A DNA stretch of 64,000 nucleotides, from NCBI RefSeq assembly GCF_009914755.1, contig NC_060932.1. One strand, 5' to 3'. The position numbers and the translations under genes were made by a program. Below are positions 41,262 to 57,639 of this stretch, piece by piece. Each line of letters opens with the position of its first letter. The first letter of the stretch is position 1. Under the pieces are notes generated by a model. The model ran no database searches, was not told the origin of the DNA, and saw nothing but the letters and a program-made list of their open reading frames with translations. The stretch comes from the human T2T-CHM13v2.0 reference genome, Homo sapiens.

Positions 41262-43229
41262 TACTTGTATCGATATGCCTTATGTTGCCATCAAAATAAA
41301 ATGTCATTTATCAAATTATTACGAAGTATTTAAAAAGACGTGGATCCTTGAAAATGTATCCTATAGTGAATGTCATTAAATAAGATCTTATCTATGGTTA
41401 ATACTAAATGCAACACTTTATAATTAATTTTTAATGTACATAGTGTATTTAACTACTTTTCAAAAATAAATCAGTCAACATGCCCAAAATAATTTGGCTA
41501 TATTAATTGCCTGTAAATTTTTTTAAATTATTTCATAATATATCTTTATTTTCTAAGGCCTATCTTGAAAACTCAGCCTTCCAAAATGCTCAAACTATTT
41601 CCAGAAAAAAAATAACAAGGTGTGCTTATTCCTGGATCTTTAGTGTCACTATTGTCTGAATCCTAAAAATCCAACCTTAGAAGCAGCCTTACATTTTTTA
41701 CCCAGGGTCTTATTACCTTGTAACTACTCATCCACAATTGTTTACATGAATAATTACTCTACTTAAAATACTGAAATGTCTGCAGAGCTTTATCTTCCTA
41801 TCTTAGACAAAGTTCATATAATGGTGAATATACAAAACTGTATTAAAATATGTGAGCAGCTTTTCTGTATGGAGGAATAGTATTGGAAACACAACACTGG
41901 AACCTGGATATTTTACCACTTACATGAAATTAAGGTAATTCCAGGGAGATTAAACTAAACCTATTGTATAGTTCATTTTCTTGGTACCTAATTGCAGGGG
42001 TGCTGTTACATATTTGAAAATAATATAGAAACCTCAATAATTTTACACAGAGGTTAGAAAAACAGTATTTTCAGGTTTTATCCCTTATATGCATAAAGAA
42101 ATGTCAAGGAATATATTGTGGCTTAACAATAGTACATAGTTGCTTAATATGTATGGCTCTGGCTTCATAAAAACACATTTCCAAAAACTAAAAATTAATT
42201 AATTTGAATTCAGTGTTACTAGTGGAATTTTCATTCTTATAAACAAAAGAGATGTTCCTATAAGAGGAACAAAATAATAGAATCAAAGAAAATAGATAAT
42301 GCACTAGAAAAAGAAGCATGTCTTGCAAAAAATACCACTTACTTGAAATCTTGGTAGCTGTTTGAATTCATTTTTCTTCTTAGCAGAATCTAAGAATATC
42401 TAAACACTTGGTAATAATTTAAGGGAGGTCTTTTCTGTTTCTCTCTCTAGATTTTCCAAGGACGTTATGATGTTAGAACTTCAATTCTTAAGTTCAAAAG
42501 ATTTTCTGAGTCCTCAGGCAGCTTTTGAAAGGCATCTTAGAAGGATTAGGACACAAGTCCGAACAGCTGAAGTCAAAATATTGTCTTAGATATATCTCTA
42601 TTCCTCTCCTATTAAAGCAAGGGGAGAGCTACTCGGTGAGGAAGAATGAAAGTCAACAGACAGGAGGTGTTTGGTGGCCTTTATTTGACTACTATGCAAA
42701 TGCTTAAAAGCATTCTTTTTATAGCGCTTGGGTCAATTACTAAATATGACGTGAAAGGTCTAACTTTTACAAAAACTAAGCTTAGGATTCAGTGTGCAGC
42801 ATTATGGAACCAAAAGCATAGCCAGGACTCAGCATGGAGCGTGATGTTGCATAAGTAAGAAAATTGAATTACTCTCCTGTATTATGGATTTATTGTCTGT
42901 GAGGAAATGACTTTCACTGTGGAAATTATCAAAGCGAAGTGTTGCCCACTGCAAGGAATAGCAAAATTGGAAGGAAAAAAAAAAACTCTTCTAAGAGTGT
43001 TATAAAGCTAGGAAAACATTAGGATATTTTGTAATGTTAGATTTTTTTTTTTCATACAGAGAAAAGGCAGTTTTGAACACAGGGTCAAGCGAATATAGAG
43101 ATTATCTATTTGCAAGAAAGCAAATGATTGGCTCTTTTTTTAATTTTATGAAGTAGAATCTCATATTAATGCCTAAATCCATAGTAACCAAGAGGTCAGG
43201 TGTTGTGGGAGGTCAGTAAGATGTACAAA

Positions 43230-43430
43230 AATAAGCACAGATTTTGCAGTCATACAGCCTGGTTTTGCCTGTTGGGGAGAGTTTTTGGGAAACTGACTGC
43301 CTCTCCAAATCTCAGGTTTCTTATTTTTGTAATGGTATAATGACACCTTCTTCACTGTATTGCTGTCATGATTTATTGAGATAATACGTAAGTATTCTGA
43401 CAATTTGTAGATATTCAATAAATATTTGTC
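43230..43430 (+). mobile_element. MIR relic
   Basis: gcacagattttgcagtcatacagcctggttt...tctcaggtttcttatttttgtaatggtataat. Confidence 0.55.
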
Positions 43431-44344
43431 TCATTTCACTTTCATAAGAAATAGCTTAGTGCATTGAATTGTGGGCCAAATTTGATACCAAAAGATATTA
43501 TTGGATATTACCATTTTCTAAACTGTGTTTTTTCTCTTTCTAAAAAGTGAGTAGTTAAAATGCCTGACTGGCCAATCATATAAAGATTTCTGATAGTCAA
43601 ATAAGACAATACATTGTATGTTTTTTCAAAACCTGTAAGGGATGCAAGCAATGCAAATTATTCTCTTAAAATAATAAAAATTGCAGGTATACAAAACTAC
43701 ATAAAACATACTATTTTTGAAAAATACGAAGATTTTATGTAAGCACAATTTACTTGAAGAAATAAAAACCTAATGGAAATCATATGCGTGTCTTTTCCTG
43801 TACACATCCCCATTACTCACAAACCCTCTTGCCCATATACACAAAACTATGAGCCTAATTTGTTATTTGTAATTATCATTAATTTCTTTATACGTGTAGG
43901 TCATAAGAATTTTTCTAAAAATATTATCTTACAATTTTAATATTTTGTTCAAAGGTAGTATATTATACTACCTGTATTTTTGTATAATTTGCTATTTCAT
44001 TCAAACTTGTTAGACCTGTCTTGTGGATATATAGAATTCAAATTCATTCACTTTCCACTATATTTTTATTAATTTTATTGAAAAACAAAATACATATATA
44101 AAAATTCATAAATAAAAACCATGCAGACCAACAATTTTTGCATAGTGAACTGCCTTAAAAATCAATACCTCTTTCAAGAAATGAAACAGTAATAACAGAA
44201 TCCCAGAAATACCACTAGTGCTTCCTTCCCCTATCTGCCATCTGGCTCCCTCACAAAGTAGACAGAACCCTGACTACTTCTACTGCCACTACAACCCTTC
44301 CTCTTCTTCACCTTTCTCCTTCTCCTCCTCCTTTTATGCTAGAG

Positions 44345-44960
44345 TAGAAAGTTGCATAGCATACAATTAACCAATTAATTATTTTTAAGTGTACAAGTCA
44401 GTGACATTCAGCATATTCACAATGTGGTGCAACCACTACTTCTCTATAGGCTCAAAACATTTTCATTATCCTAGAAGAATAACACATATCCTTTAAGTAA
44501 TTTCTTTCCTCAATGTTTTGCAGTTTTCAGTGTACACGTCTTTCACTTCCATAGTTAAATGTATTCCTGGGTGTTTTATATTTTGAGTGCTCTTGTAATT
44601 GAAATTGTTTGAATTAGTTTCATTTTTTGATTTTTCACTGCTGCTGCACAGAAACACAACTGATTTTTCTATGTTGATGTTGCACCAAATCATGACATCT
44701 GCAAATAGATATAGTTTTTCTTCTACCTTTCCATTTTGAATGCCACTTATGCCTTTTACTTGCCTAATTACTCTGGATATACATTGTAATATAATGTTGA
44801 ATGACAATGGTGAAAACAAGCATTCTTGTCTCATTTCTGATCTTAGGAGAAAAGCTTTCAGGCTTCCACCATTGAATGATATTAGCTGTGGGTTTTTAAT
44901 AAATGTTGTTTGTCAATTTAATGAAGTACCTTTCTATGCCAAGTTTATTCATTGTCACTA
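44345..44960 (-). mobile_element. L1MB-type fragments (3' end and RT region)
   Basis: ttttaagtgtacaagtcagtgacatt. ORF 44493-44834 is ORF2-like (RQECLFSPLSFNI, LFADVMI). Confidence 0.75.
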
Positions 44961-45169
44961 CTCTGTAGTATGGTATATATTTTAATGAAAAAAGTTATAA
45001 ATGTTAGTGTAGTCTAATTTTTATTTTTTCTTTCCTCTCATTGTCATCTGTTTTTGTGTCTACAAACATTTGCATATCATAGGGTCGTAAAGATAGTATC
45101 CTGTTTTTCTTTAAAAAATAAAGAAACAAAATTGCATTACTTGCCCATTTCAGTCAAAAATCACATAGG

Positions 45170-45267
45170 AATATATATGTGTGTGTGTGTGTACGTACAT
45201 ATGTATGTGTATATATGAACACTCTATGCATACAGATATGTATACACATATCTGTATGTATATATAC
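45170..45267. repeat. (TG)/(TA) microsatellite mosaic with a short hairpin
   Basis: tatatatgtgtgtgtg... and the inverted repeat atacagatatgt-atac-acatatctgtat. Confidence 0.8.
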
Positions 45268-45442
45268 AATATGACATTAGATTAACATTCTTGTTTTCCA
45301 TATGCTATCCATTTTACCCAAGGTGATTATTGAAAACTCCATTTTTTTTAATCACTGCACTGCACTTTCGCCTTTATTGTAAGTCAGATGACTTTATATG
45401 TGTATGTTTGTTTATGAAATGCTTCAATTTCTTTGGACTTTT

Positions 45443-45754
<312 letters not shown>

Positions 45755-48073
45755 CTCTTTGGACTTTTAAAGTGCTAATATGGTACGTGTTACTTACTAA
45801 AACTTTAAAATAAGACACACTGCTTGCATTGTAAGTACTCCCATTTTAATTCTTTTTCAAAATTTCCTTGGCTTTTATTTTTTCTCTGCATTTTCACATA
45901 AATTTTAAAATCAAGATGTCAATTTCACAAGCAAAATAATTTTGATGGGATTTTAACATGAATTATGTTGAATCAATGAATCAATTTGTGGAAAATAGAA
46001 ATTTTACTATTTTAATTCTTCTAATTGACAAGGAAGGTACACTGTTTTCATTATTTATTAGGTTGAATCATATAAAACAATTTTTTATTGGTCAAACATG
46101 GTTAAGTATCAGTAATCTCAGTTCAAGTTAATTTTTTAAAAGTATTAACTCTATAATGTTATGTAAATTTAGGGTAGAATAAACTGCACACATTTTATTG
46201 GGGTTATTTTAAGGCCCTTGATGTTTGGTGCTATTGTAGATGCTACCTTTTATGAATTTTATTATTTAACATTTCTTTATGGTTCATTTTGTTGAATGAT
46301 TTTTTTCAACAATCTTCAAAATCACTTACCTATTTTAGCACTTCATCTACATAAACTCTTGCATTTTCTATATAAATAATGTCATTTGTGAACAATAAAT
46401 GATTCATTTCTTCTTTCCTCTTCCTGTTGCACTGTTGTGTTTCCTGCTTTATTGCAGTGAACATTCCATGCAGTAGAATGTTGACTAGAAATTGTGGTAA
46501 TAAACTTTGTTTTCTCATTTTGGATCTCAAGCAGAAAGCTCTCAAAATTTCATCCCTAATTATGATGTTTGCTATTAAAGTATGTTTGTTATGAAATATT
46601 TTTATTAAATAAAGGAAACTTCTATTTATTTCTAATATGCCATGAAGATGATGATGATAATTATTATCATTACAGTGGTTGTTGAATTTTTTCACATGCT
46701 TCTTCTGTACCTATCATGATGAACTTTTTAAAAAAAAAGTTTTGTTACTATTGTGAATTGTATGAATTGATTTTTACGTTCAATACCCTTGGATTCTTAC
46801 CACTTGTCCCAAGTGGTAAGGATATTTTATGTTTTTACGTGTCACTGGATTCAATTTCTAATATTTTGTTTAGAATGTTTGCATCCAAGTTCATGAAAGA
46901 AACTGATCTTTTTAATTTTTTTCTTACATTGTCCTTGTGAAAGTTAGTGTCAAGATTATATTGGTAACAGTCAAATATATTTTCTTTTTCTGTTCTCTGA
47001 AAGTCTTTTTTAAATTTGGTGTTATAAATTTTTTAATGATTGGCAGAAAGCACCACTGAGCCAACTTGGTCATTTGTTTTCTTTATAGAAAGACTTAAAA
47101 TTATATAGCAACCAGTAGATTTAGAAACATTTATATTTTCTGTTTTTTTCTTATTATTTTGCTAGGGGTGATATGGCATTTAAGCGTTAATTTCATAATC
47201 GCTGTGTTCTTTACTCTGTATTGTATATATCTTAGAAGAATCATATGGCCATTTAAAACATATTGCTGACAATCATGTATATTTAACCATTGGAAAATTT
47301 CATCTATTTAACATTTAATGTTATTATTGACAAATTATTTGGATTATATCTACCCTGTTATTATTTATTTTCCGCTTGTCTCATCTATTTTGTGGTCCTT
47401 TTTTCTGTACTTTCTAGCTTTATCTTAAAATACGTAATTTCTACTCTTCCAGCTTTTTCTTCTATTTTTTGATAGTTATGTAATTTATGTATTCAGTATT
47501 GGCTCTAGAAATTAAATATTCATGTTTAACTTACTACAGTTCAATACAAATTACACCACATCAAGGTAATTATAGTAAACTAAAGTTGCTCATCCTCACA
47601 GTTTGCCTTATTGTTCTCATGAGTTTTAATTATACATACATTTTAAAACCCAAAGACATTACTGCTAATGTATTCCTTAGTCACTATCCAGTCAATATTC
47701 ATTTGTAATTTACCCTTTTCTAAAATTCATTGCTAAAAATTGTTTCCTCTACCATCATTTGCTCTGCTTGTAGTACCTTATTTACTGTTAAATTGTCAGT
47801 AAAAAAATTATCAGTATTTGTCTGAAATCATCTTTACATTGATTTTTGAAAAGTATTTTTACTAGATATAAAATTTAGAGTTGACAGGCAATTTTATTCA
47901 AAACTTTAAAGTTGTTACTCATTTGTTTTCTGACTTTTAAAAATTTCTGTTGAGAAGTTGGCTCTATGTCTTATGTTGTTTCTTTGAAGCGAATTTGTAT
48001 TTTATTTTTTCCCTAAGCTAGGTTTAATAGTTTTCTTAATTTTTAGTTTTGATAATAATATACCTTATTGTAG

Positions 48074-49264
48074 TTTTATTTTATTTTATTTTATTTTAGT
48101 TCCAGGATACATGAGTGGGATGTGCAGGTTTGTTACATAGGTAAACATGTGCCGTGGTGGTTTGCTGCATCTGTCAACCTATAGCTAGGTATTAAGCACC
48201 AGCGTGCACTAGCTATTTATCTTGATGCTTTCCTTCCCCCCGACCCCCCTCAACAGGCCCCAGTGTGTGTTGTTCCTCTCCCTGTGTCCATGTGTTCTCA
48301 TTGTTCAGCTCCCACTTATAAGTGAGAACATGCAGTGTTTGGTTTTCTATTCCTGCATTAGTTTGCCGAGGATAACGTCTTCCAGTTCCATCCATGTCCC
48401 TGCAAAGGACATGATCTCTTTCCTTTTTATGGCTGCATAGTGTTCCATGGTGTAAATGTACCACATTTTCTTTATCCCATCTATCATAGACGGGCATTTG
48501 AGTTGATTCCATGTCTTTACTATTATGAACAGTGGTGCAATGAACATATGCATGCATGTATCTTTACAGTAGAATGATTTATAATCCTTTGGGTATTTAC
48601 CCAGTAATGGGATTGCTAGGACAAATGGTATTTCTGGTTCTAGGTCTTTGAGGAATTGTCACACTGTCTTCCACAATGTTTGAACTAATATATATTCCCA
48701 CCAACAGTATAAAAGCATTCCTATTTCTCCACAGCATTGCCAGCATCTGTTGTTTTTTGACTTTTTAATAATTGCCATTCTTACTGGCCTGAGATGGTAT
48801 CTCATTGTGGTTTTGATTTGCATTTACCTAATTATCAGTAATGTTGAGCTTTCTTTCATATGTTTCTTGGCCATATAAATATCTTCTTTTGAGAAGTGTC
48901 TCTTCAAGTAATTTGCCCACTTTTTAATGAGGTTGTTTTGTTCTTGTAAGTTTGCTTAAGTTCCTTATAAACTCTAGATATTAGACCTTTGTCATATGGA
49001 TAGATGGCAAAAATTTTCTCCTATTCTATAGATCGTCTGTTCACTCTGATGATTGTTTCTTTTGCTGTGCAGAAGCTCTTTAGTTTAATTAGATTCCATT
49101 TGTCAGTTTTTGCTTTTGTTGCAATTGCTTTTGAGGTTTTCATCATAAACTCTTTGTGCCTATGTCCTGAGTGGTATTGCCTAGATTTTCTTCTAGGGTT
49201 TTTATAGTTGTGGGTTTTGCTTTGAAGTGTTTAATCCATCTTGAGTTAATTTTGTATAAGGTGT
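48074..49264 (-). mobile_element. 5'-truncated L1PA (3' about 1.2 kb)
   Basis: (TTTTA)n tail and ttccaggatacatg...gtttgttacataggtaaacatgtgcc. ORF 48347-48553 is the ORF2 C-terminus (MFIAPLFII.KTWNQ.KCPSMID.IKKMWYIYTMEHYAAIK). Confidence 0.95.
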
Positions 49265-50163
49265 TCAAAAGATCTTCTTGAATGTATGGGTTTATATCTT
49301 TCTTCAGTGTTGGTTAACACTCAGCCATTATCTCTTTTATGTATTGTTTCTGCCCCACTCCTTCTCTTTTCTTTTTTTTTTTTTTTGATGCCCACAGTAT
49401 GTATTCCAGACAATTTTAATACAGACATATTTAATAACATGCAAGCTAGACCTGTTCACTGACTTCCACATTTCTTGAACTTTATTAAACTACAGTAATG
49501 TTCTGTCTCTGTATTCAGTTTGCATGTTTTCTCAGGGAAACATCTTCCAGGGCATTAATGCTCTCTTCTACTGTGTCTACTCTGCTGTTAAAGGTATAAC
49601 ATCAGTCTTTTAAATTTATATATTTGCAGCAATTTTGAACTTTTTTCTTTTTATTATCTAGAACAAATGTATCATAGTCACATACAGTCCTTGTCACCTA
49701 ATTCCAATATCTGAACCACCTGTGTATTAGTATCCACTATCTTTTTTACCCCTTGGTGTTCGGTAACGTAATTCTGTTACTTGCCTTACCTAGTCATTTT
49801 TATTTAAAGGCAGACATTGGTATAAATTATGTAGAAGCCTCAGAGTAAGTGATCTTTATCTAAAGAAAGTTCATACTTTCCTCTTTTAGGCAGAAATAGA
49901 GGCTAGTAACAAATTTATTCTAATCAAGAGCTGTTACATTTGAGGCTATTTTGCAGCTCTGGAGAGGTTCTGTTTGCTTCTAGTTCATCTGTATCTTCCT
50001 AGGTTTTCACATGTTGCATCTGTTGTATTTTGTAAGTTTCTCTCTCTTCAGGATCATACCAACATCTGGCTATCTACTAGGCTTTGCACCAGATTCTCAG
50101 TCTGCTGCTGGCAATTCTAGCTTTTGTGGATTTTCAAGAAGTGCCTACTTTTACTTCCTGGAT

Positions 50164-50870
50164 ACAGGGGCTGGCAAGATACTGCCTGTGAGCCAAATCC
50201 ACCATCCTTGTTTTCCTCCCCTCCAGATTTTGGTGACTTGAGGGTTAAGAATTGTTTTTGTATATTCTAATGTTGAGAAAAGATAAGTGAGAATATTTCA
50301 GGACACATAAAAATGAAGTTAAAATGTCAGTGTCTGTAACTATAATTTTGTTGGAACTTAACCACACTTGTTTTTTTTAAGTCTTATCTAAGACTTCTTT
50401 CTTGCTACATCAGTAGAAATAAGTAGTGGACACAGAGACCGTATTGGGTGTCTTCTCTTTGCACTGCTGCTCATGGCACTACAAAGCTAGTGAGGATACT
50501 ATGACTTGACAGAATTGCGTGTGTCACATGCGTCACCTGTCCATGTGAAAATACATTTTCGTAGATGTGATATGTAAAATCTATTTAGGGATTGTTATTA
50601 GCAGATGAGCACTTGCAACCAATGTTTTAAGCTGAGGGACACAGACTTTGAACCCCAATTAAGAGAAATATTATCCTTTTAAAAAGAATTCCATTCTGAT
50701 ATTCAGTAGATTTGAATTTCCACAAATACTCTATTATTATTACTATGGTATTTTGAATTTCATCTTTTTTTGATATTTGTTATTTTTCATTCTATATAAG
50801 TTTCTCTATAATATTCTTTATTTTGCTTCTTGGTCTATGAAGAATAAAATATTTACTCTCTTGCCCATTG
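50164..50870 (+). mobile_element. MER58/Cheshire-type hAT DNA transposon fossil
   Basis: Starts caggggctggcaagatactgcctgtgagccaaatcc and ends aaaatatttactctcttgccc. Confidence 0.6.
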
Positions 50871-52884
50871 TCCTATTTTTCCAAAATTATTATGTCATGT
50901 GTATACTAACTGTATGTTTTTAGGTATAGTATGTTACCCTAATCTACTGGGAAACTGAAACTGGGAAGGAATAATAAACTCCTACTCAAACTCTCAAACC
51001 CAACAGCTAAAGACAAGTTATCATACAACTTGTAACTACATAAATGTGTTTGATGAGGAGGCATTGACTAATTCCTCAAGTAGCATATTTTAGTATAATA
51101 TTATTTTTCCTTATATTTTTGAAATGTATTACTATGCAACAATCACCGTTTGAAACTCCATCTTTCATTTAAAGCATAATAGAGAAGATTATACGTTATT
51201 TGTTATTTTCTGTGACAGATTTTCAACAATTAAAAGCACGTCTTATTCTATTCTTTCTATTCCACATCTATTTTCCTTTAGATATGACTTCTTGTCACAT
51301 TGATATTCTAATCTGGAATGCATTGACACACCACTCTAATTCATATCCCTCTAATAATAAGCCAACCAGATCCACCAGATACTCACAGGCATTATGGAAA
51401 GGGTTGTAATTATATTACTAGAGGACCAGAATTTTGTAGGATAAAATGAAGCATGAATCATGGAGTGCCTACATAAGTACATCATTATTTATCGCAAAAT
51501 AGCAGTGGTGGTCTGGGTACAAGAACTTCCTAATCTCTAACTGCACCCTTAAAATAGAAGCATATGAAATGATCAGCATCTGATTTGCATCTTAAATCTA
51601 ACCTCTGTGAACGTAATGCAATGTGAACTCTTGACACTCTAGTGTACACGAGTGAATATAAAAAATCTCTTTCAGTCTTTTCTTCTTCTCTATGTCTCAC
51701 ACACACAACCTAGAGATGATGTTTTTTCAATGTTGGTGCATCCTTTCAATATAGAAAACATGAGATGGAAGTGATTACTCTCAAACCCGTTTATTATCCC
51801 TGATTGTAATTGGGCCAGACTTTTTTATTTGGTACAGGCCTCACGGAGTAGTTATATTTCAGCTGGTAATTCCTAAGACAGTGAAATGCTATCTACAATC
51901 TCTCACAGTTTCTACATTAATAATAGAAAAGAGGATCTCAGGACAAAATTACTAATTATGTTACAAATGCATAAACTGGTTATCTTTTGCTTTGCTTTAT
52001 TCCTCTTGCCACTTTTCCAATAATATCTACCTATTTCATTCAAATTTATTCATTGGCACGTTTGAATATTTTAACATTTATTTTAGGTTCAGGGGTATAT
52101 TTGTAGGTTTCTTTATATGAGTAACTTGCATGTCATGGGGATTTGGTGTAGAGATTATTTCATCACTCAGGTAATAAGCATAGTACTTGGTAGGTAGTTT
52201 TTTTGATCCTCACCCTCCATCGTCTAGTAGGCCCCTGTGTCTGTCATTCCCTTTTTTGTGTCCATGTGTACTCAATGTTTAGTTCCCACCTATACATGAG
52301 ACCATGCAGTATTTGGTTTTCTGTTCCTGTGTTACTTCACTAAGGATAATGGTCTCCAGCTCCATCCATGTTGCTGCAGCGGATATAATCTTGTTCTTTA
52401 TGGCTGTGTGTGGTATATATTCCATGGTGTATACGTACCACATTTTATTTATCCACTCTACCATTAATGGCCAGTTAGGTTGATTGTATATTTTTGCTAT
52501 TGTGAACAGTGCTGTGATGAACATACACATACACGTGACTTTATGGTAGAATGATGTGTTGTCCCTTGGGTATATACACAATAATGGAATTGCTGGGTCG
52601 AGTGGTAATTCTGTTTTGAGGTTCTCTCAGAAATTGCCAAACTGCTTTCCACAATGGCTGAAGTAATTTACATTCCAACCAGCAGTGTATGGTATTTCCT
52701 TTTCTCTGCAAACTCGCCAGCTTCTATTTTTTTTTTTTAACTTTTTAATAGTAGCCATTCTGACTGGTATGAGATGGTTTCTCACTATGGTTTTCAATTT
52801 GCATTCTCTAATAATTACTGATGAGCATTTTTTCATAAATTGCTGGCTGAATGCATATCTTCTTTTTAAAAAGTGTCTGTTCCG

Positions 52885-53590
<706 letters not shown>

Positions 53591-54094
53591 TAGACCTTTG
53601 TTGCATGCATAGTTTGCAAATATGTTTTTTCCATTCTGTAGGTCATCTCTTTACCCGTTGATAGTTTATTTTGCTGTGTAGAAGCTCTTTAGTTTAATTA
53701 GGTCCCATTTGTCAATTTTTGTTTTTTGTTGCAATCGCATTTGGCATCTTCATCATAAAATCTTTGCCTGGTCCTATGTCCAGAATGCTATTTCCTAGGT
53801 TATCTTCTAGTGTTTTTACAGTTTTGGGTTTTACATTTAAGTCTTTAATCCATCTTGAGTTGATTTGTGTGTATGTTATAAGGAAGGGGTCTATTTTCAA
53901 TCTTCTCATATGGTCAGCCAGACATCCCAGCACCATTTATTGCCTAGGGAATCCTTTCCCCACTGCTTGTTTTTGTCAACTTTCTCAGAGATCAGATGGT
54001 TATAGAGGCATGGCATTATTTCTGGACTCTCTATTCCATTCCTTTTCATATGTCCTTGTGTAAATGAGATTCCATCATCCTCATTTGGCTTGGG

Positions 54095-54240
54095 AGACAG
54101 TAGAACTAAGTGTGAATTTCCCAGACTTTGGAGTTGAACTTCCTGGGGTTCAATCTGAGTTCTACCAATGGCAAGCTATTTAACTTTTTACACATGATAT
54201 AATCACCTTACTCCCCAGCATACATATTTTTAAAAGGAAA
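54095..54240 (+). mobile_element. MIR relic
   Basis: cagactttggagttgaacttcctggggttcaatctgagttctacca. Confidence 0.55.
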
Positions 54241-54257
54241 AAAATACTATCAAATCA

Positions 54258-54395
54258 AATGCTTAATAATCATATTATTAAACATTATATGCTTAATTAT
54301 ATGTATTATATCTTAAGTATTATATGCTTAATTATATATATCTTAAGCATTATATGCTTAATTACATATATTATATTTTATGTATAGTATCATAT
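54258..54395. repeat. AT-rich degenerate minisatellite (attatatgcttaattat units)
   Basis: Three or four imperfect copies of tatatgcttaatta / tatcttaag. Confidence 0.75.
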
Positions 54396-55084
54396 TAAAT
54401 GGCATATAAAAAACCTTCAACAATTTTTGACAGATCGATTTTTTTAAATTTGGTAATTTGTTGTTTATTTTCATAAAGAGAAAATCGAATCTATTTTAAG
54501 AACAGGAAATTTTAAATTATGAGTATTTGATGGTCACTTTCTATTTGACTAACAAGGTCTAATAAAAATCTCCAATTAAAAATATATGTAATTTTAAGCA
54601 ATAGCATACATCATCAGAGAACAAAACTATGTTAGCAGTAAGTCACTGGATGATGAATGTGTCCTATAATGTTAATCTCATTACATTCTGAAGTTTATTA
54701 AATGTTTTGCAAAAGTATTTTACAGTACCCCAAGGCCATAAAAACAAGGCATCCAGAGATCCTTAGAATAATTGCCATCAAATATAATCATATTTTTTGT
54801 CTATTTATTCATTCTGTAGGAAGAATGAATTCAGTTTGATTTTCTTACAACAGCTGAACCCTTAAATTCGTTTCTCTAAGAATAACTGTCTCTTTCAAAT
54901 TTGTTTTTCTTTCTTGGAAGTTTAGCTAAAAACTTCTCAGTAATTATAAAGCCTACAATTACATTGACTTTTTAATTGTTTTATTTGAAAATGCTTGAGT
55001 ACAATAGCATTTAGATCGTTTCTATGTTTCAATAAGTTACCAATAAAGCTGAGTTTACAAAGTTTTCCTTGCATCACCCTTGGT

Positions 55085-55145
55085 CAGAGATCAGCAAACT
55101 TTTTCTTTAAAGGGCTGGATAGTAAAACATTTCAATATTTTTGGT
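55085..55145 (+). mobile_element. MER58A 5' fragment
   Basis: cagagatcagcaaactttttctttaaagggctggatagtaaa. Confidence 0.6.
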
Positions 55146-55166
55146 CGTAAAAAATTGTAGGTCTGA

Positions 55167-57620
<2,454 letters not shown>

Positions 57621-57639
57621 TTCTAGGAGAACTCTAGAT

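Noticed and set aside
42500-42960. Possible coding exon in unique-looking DNA
   Set aside because: It has only short ORFs with no recognisable protein similarity and no convincing splice-site pair.
54258-54395. Repeat-spacer-like array
   Set aside because: It is a degenerate AT minisatellite without unique spacers, in eukaryotic DNA with no cas genes, so it is not CRISPR.
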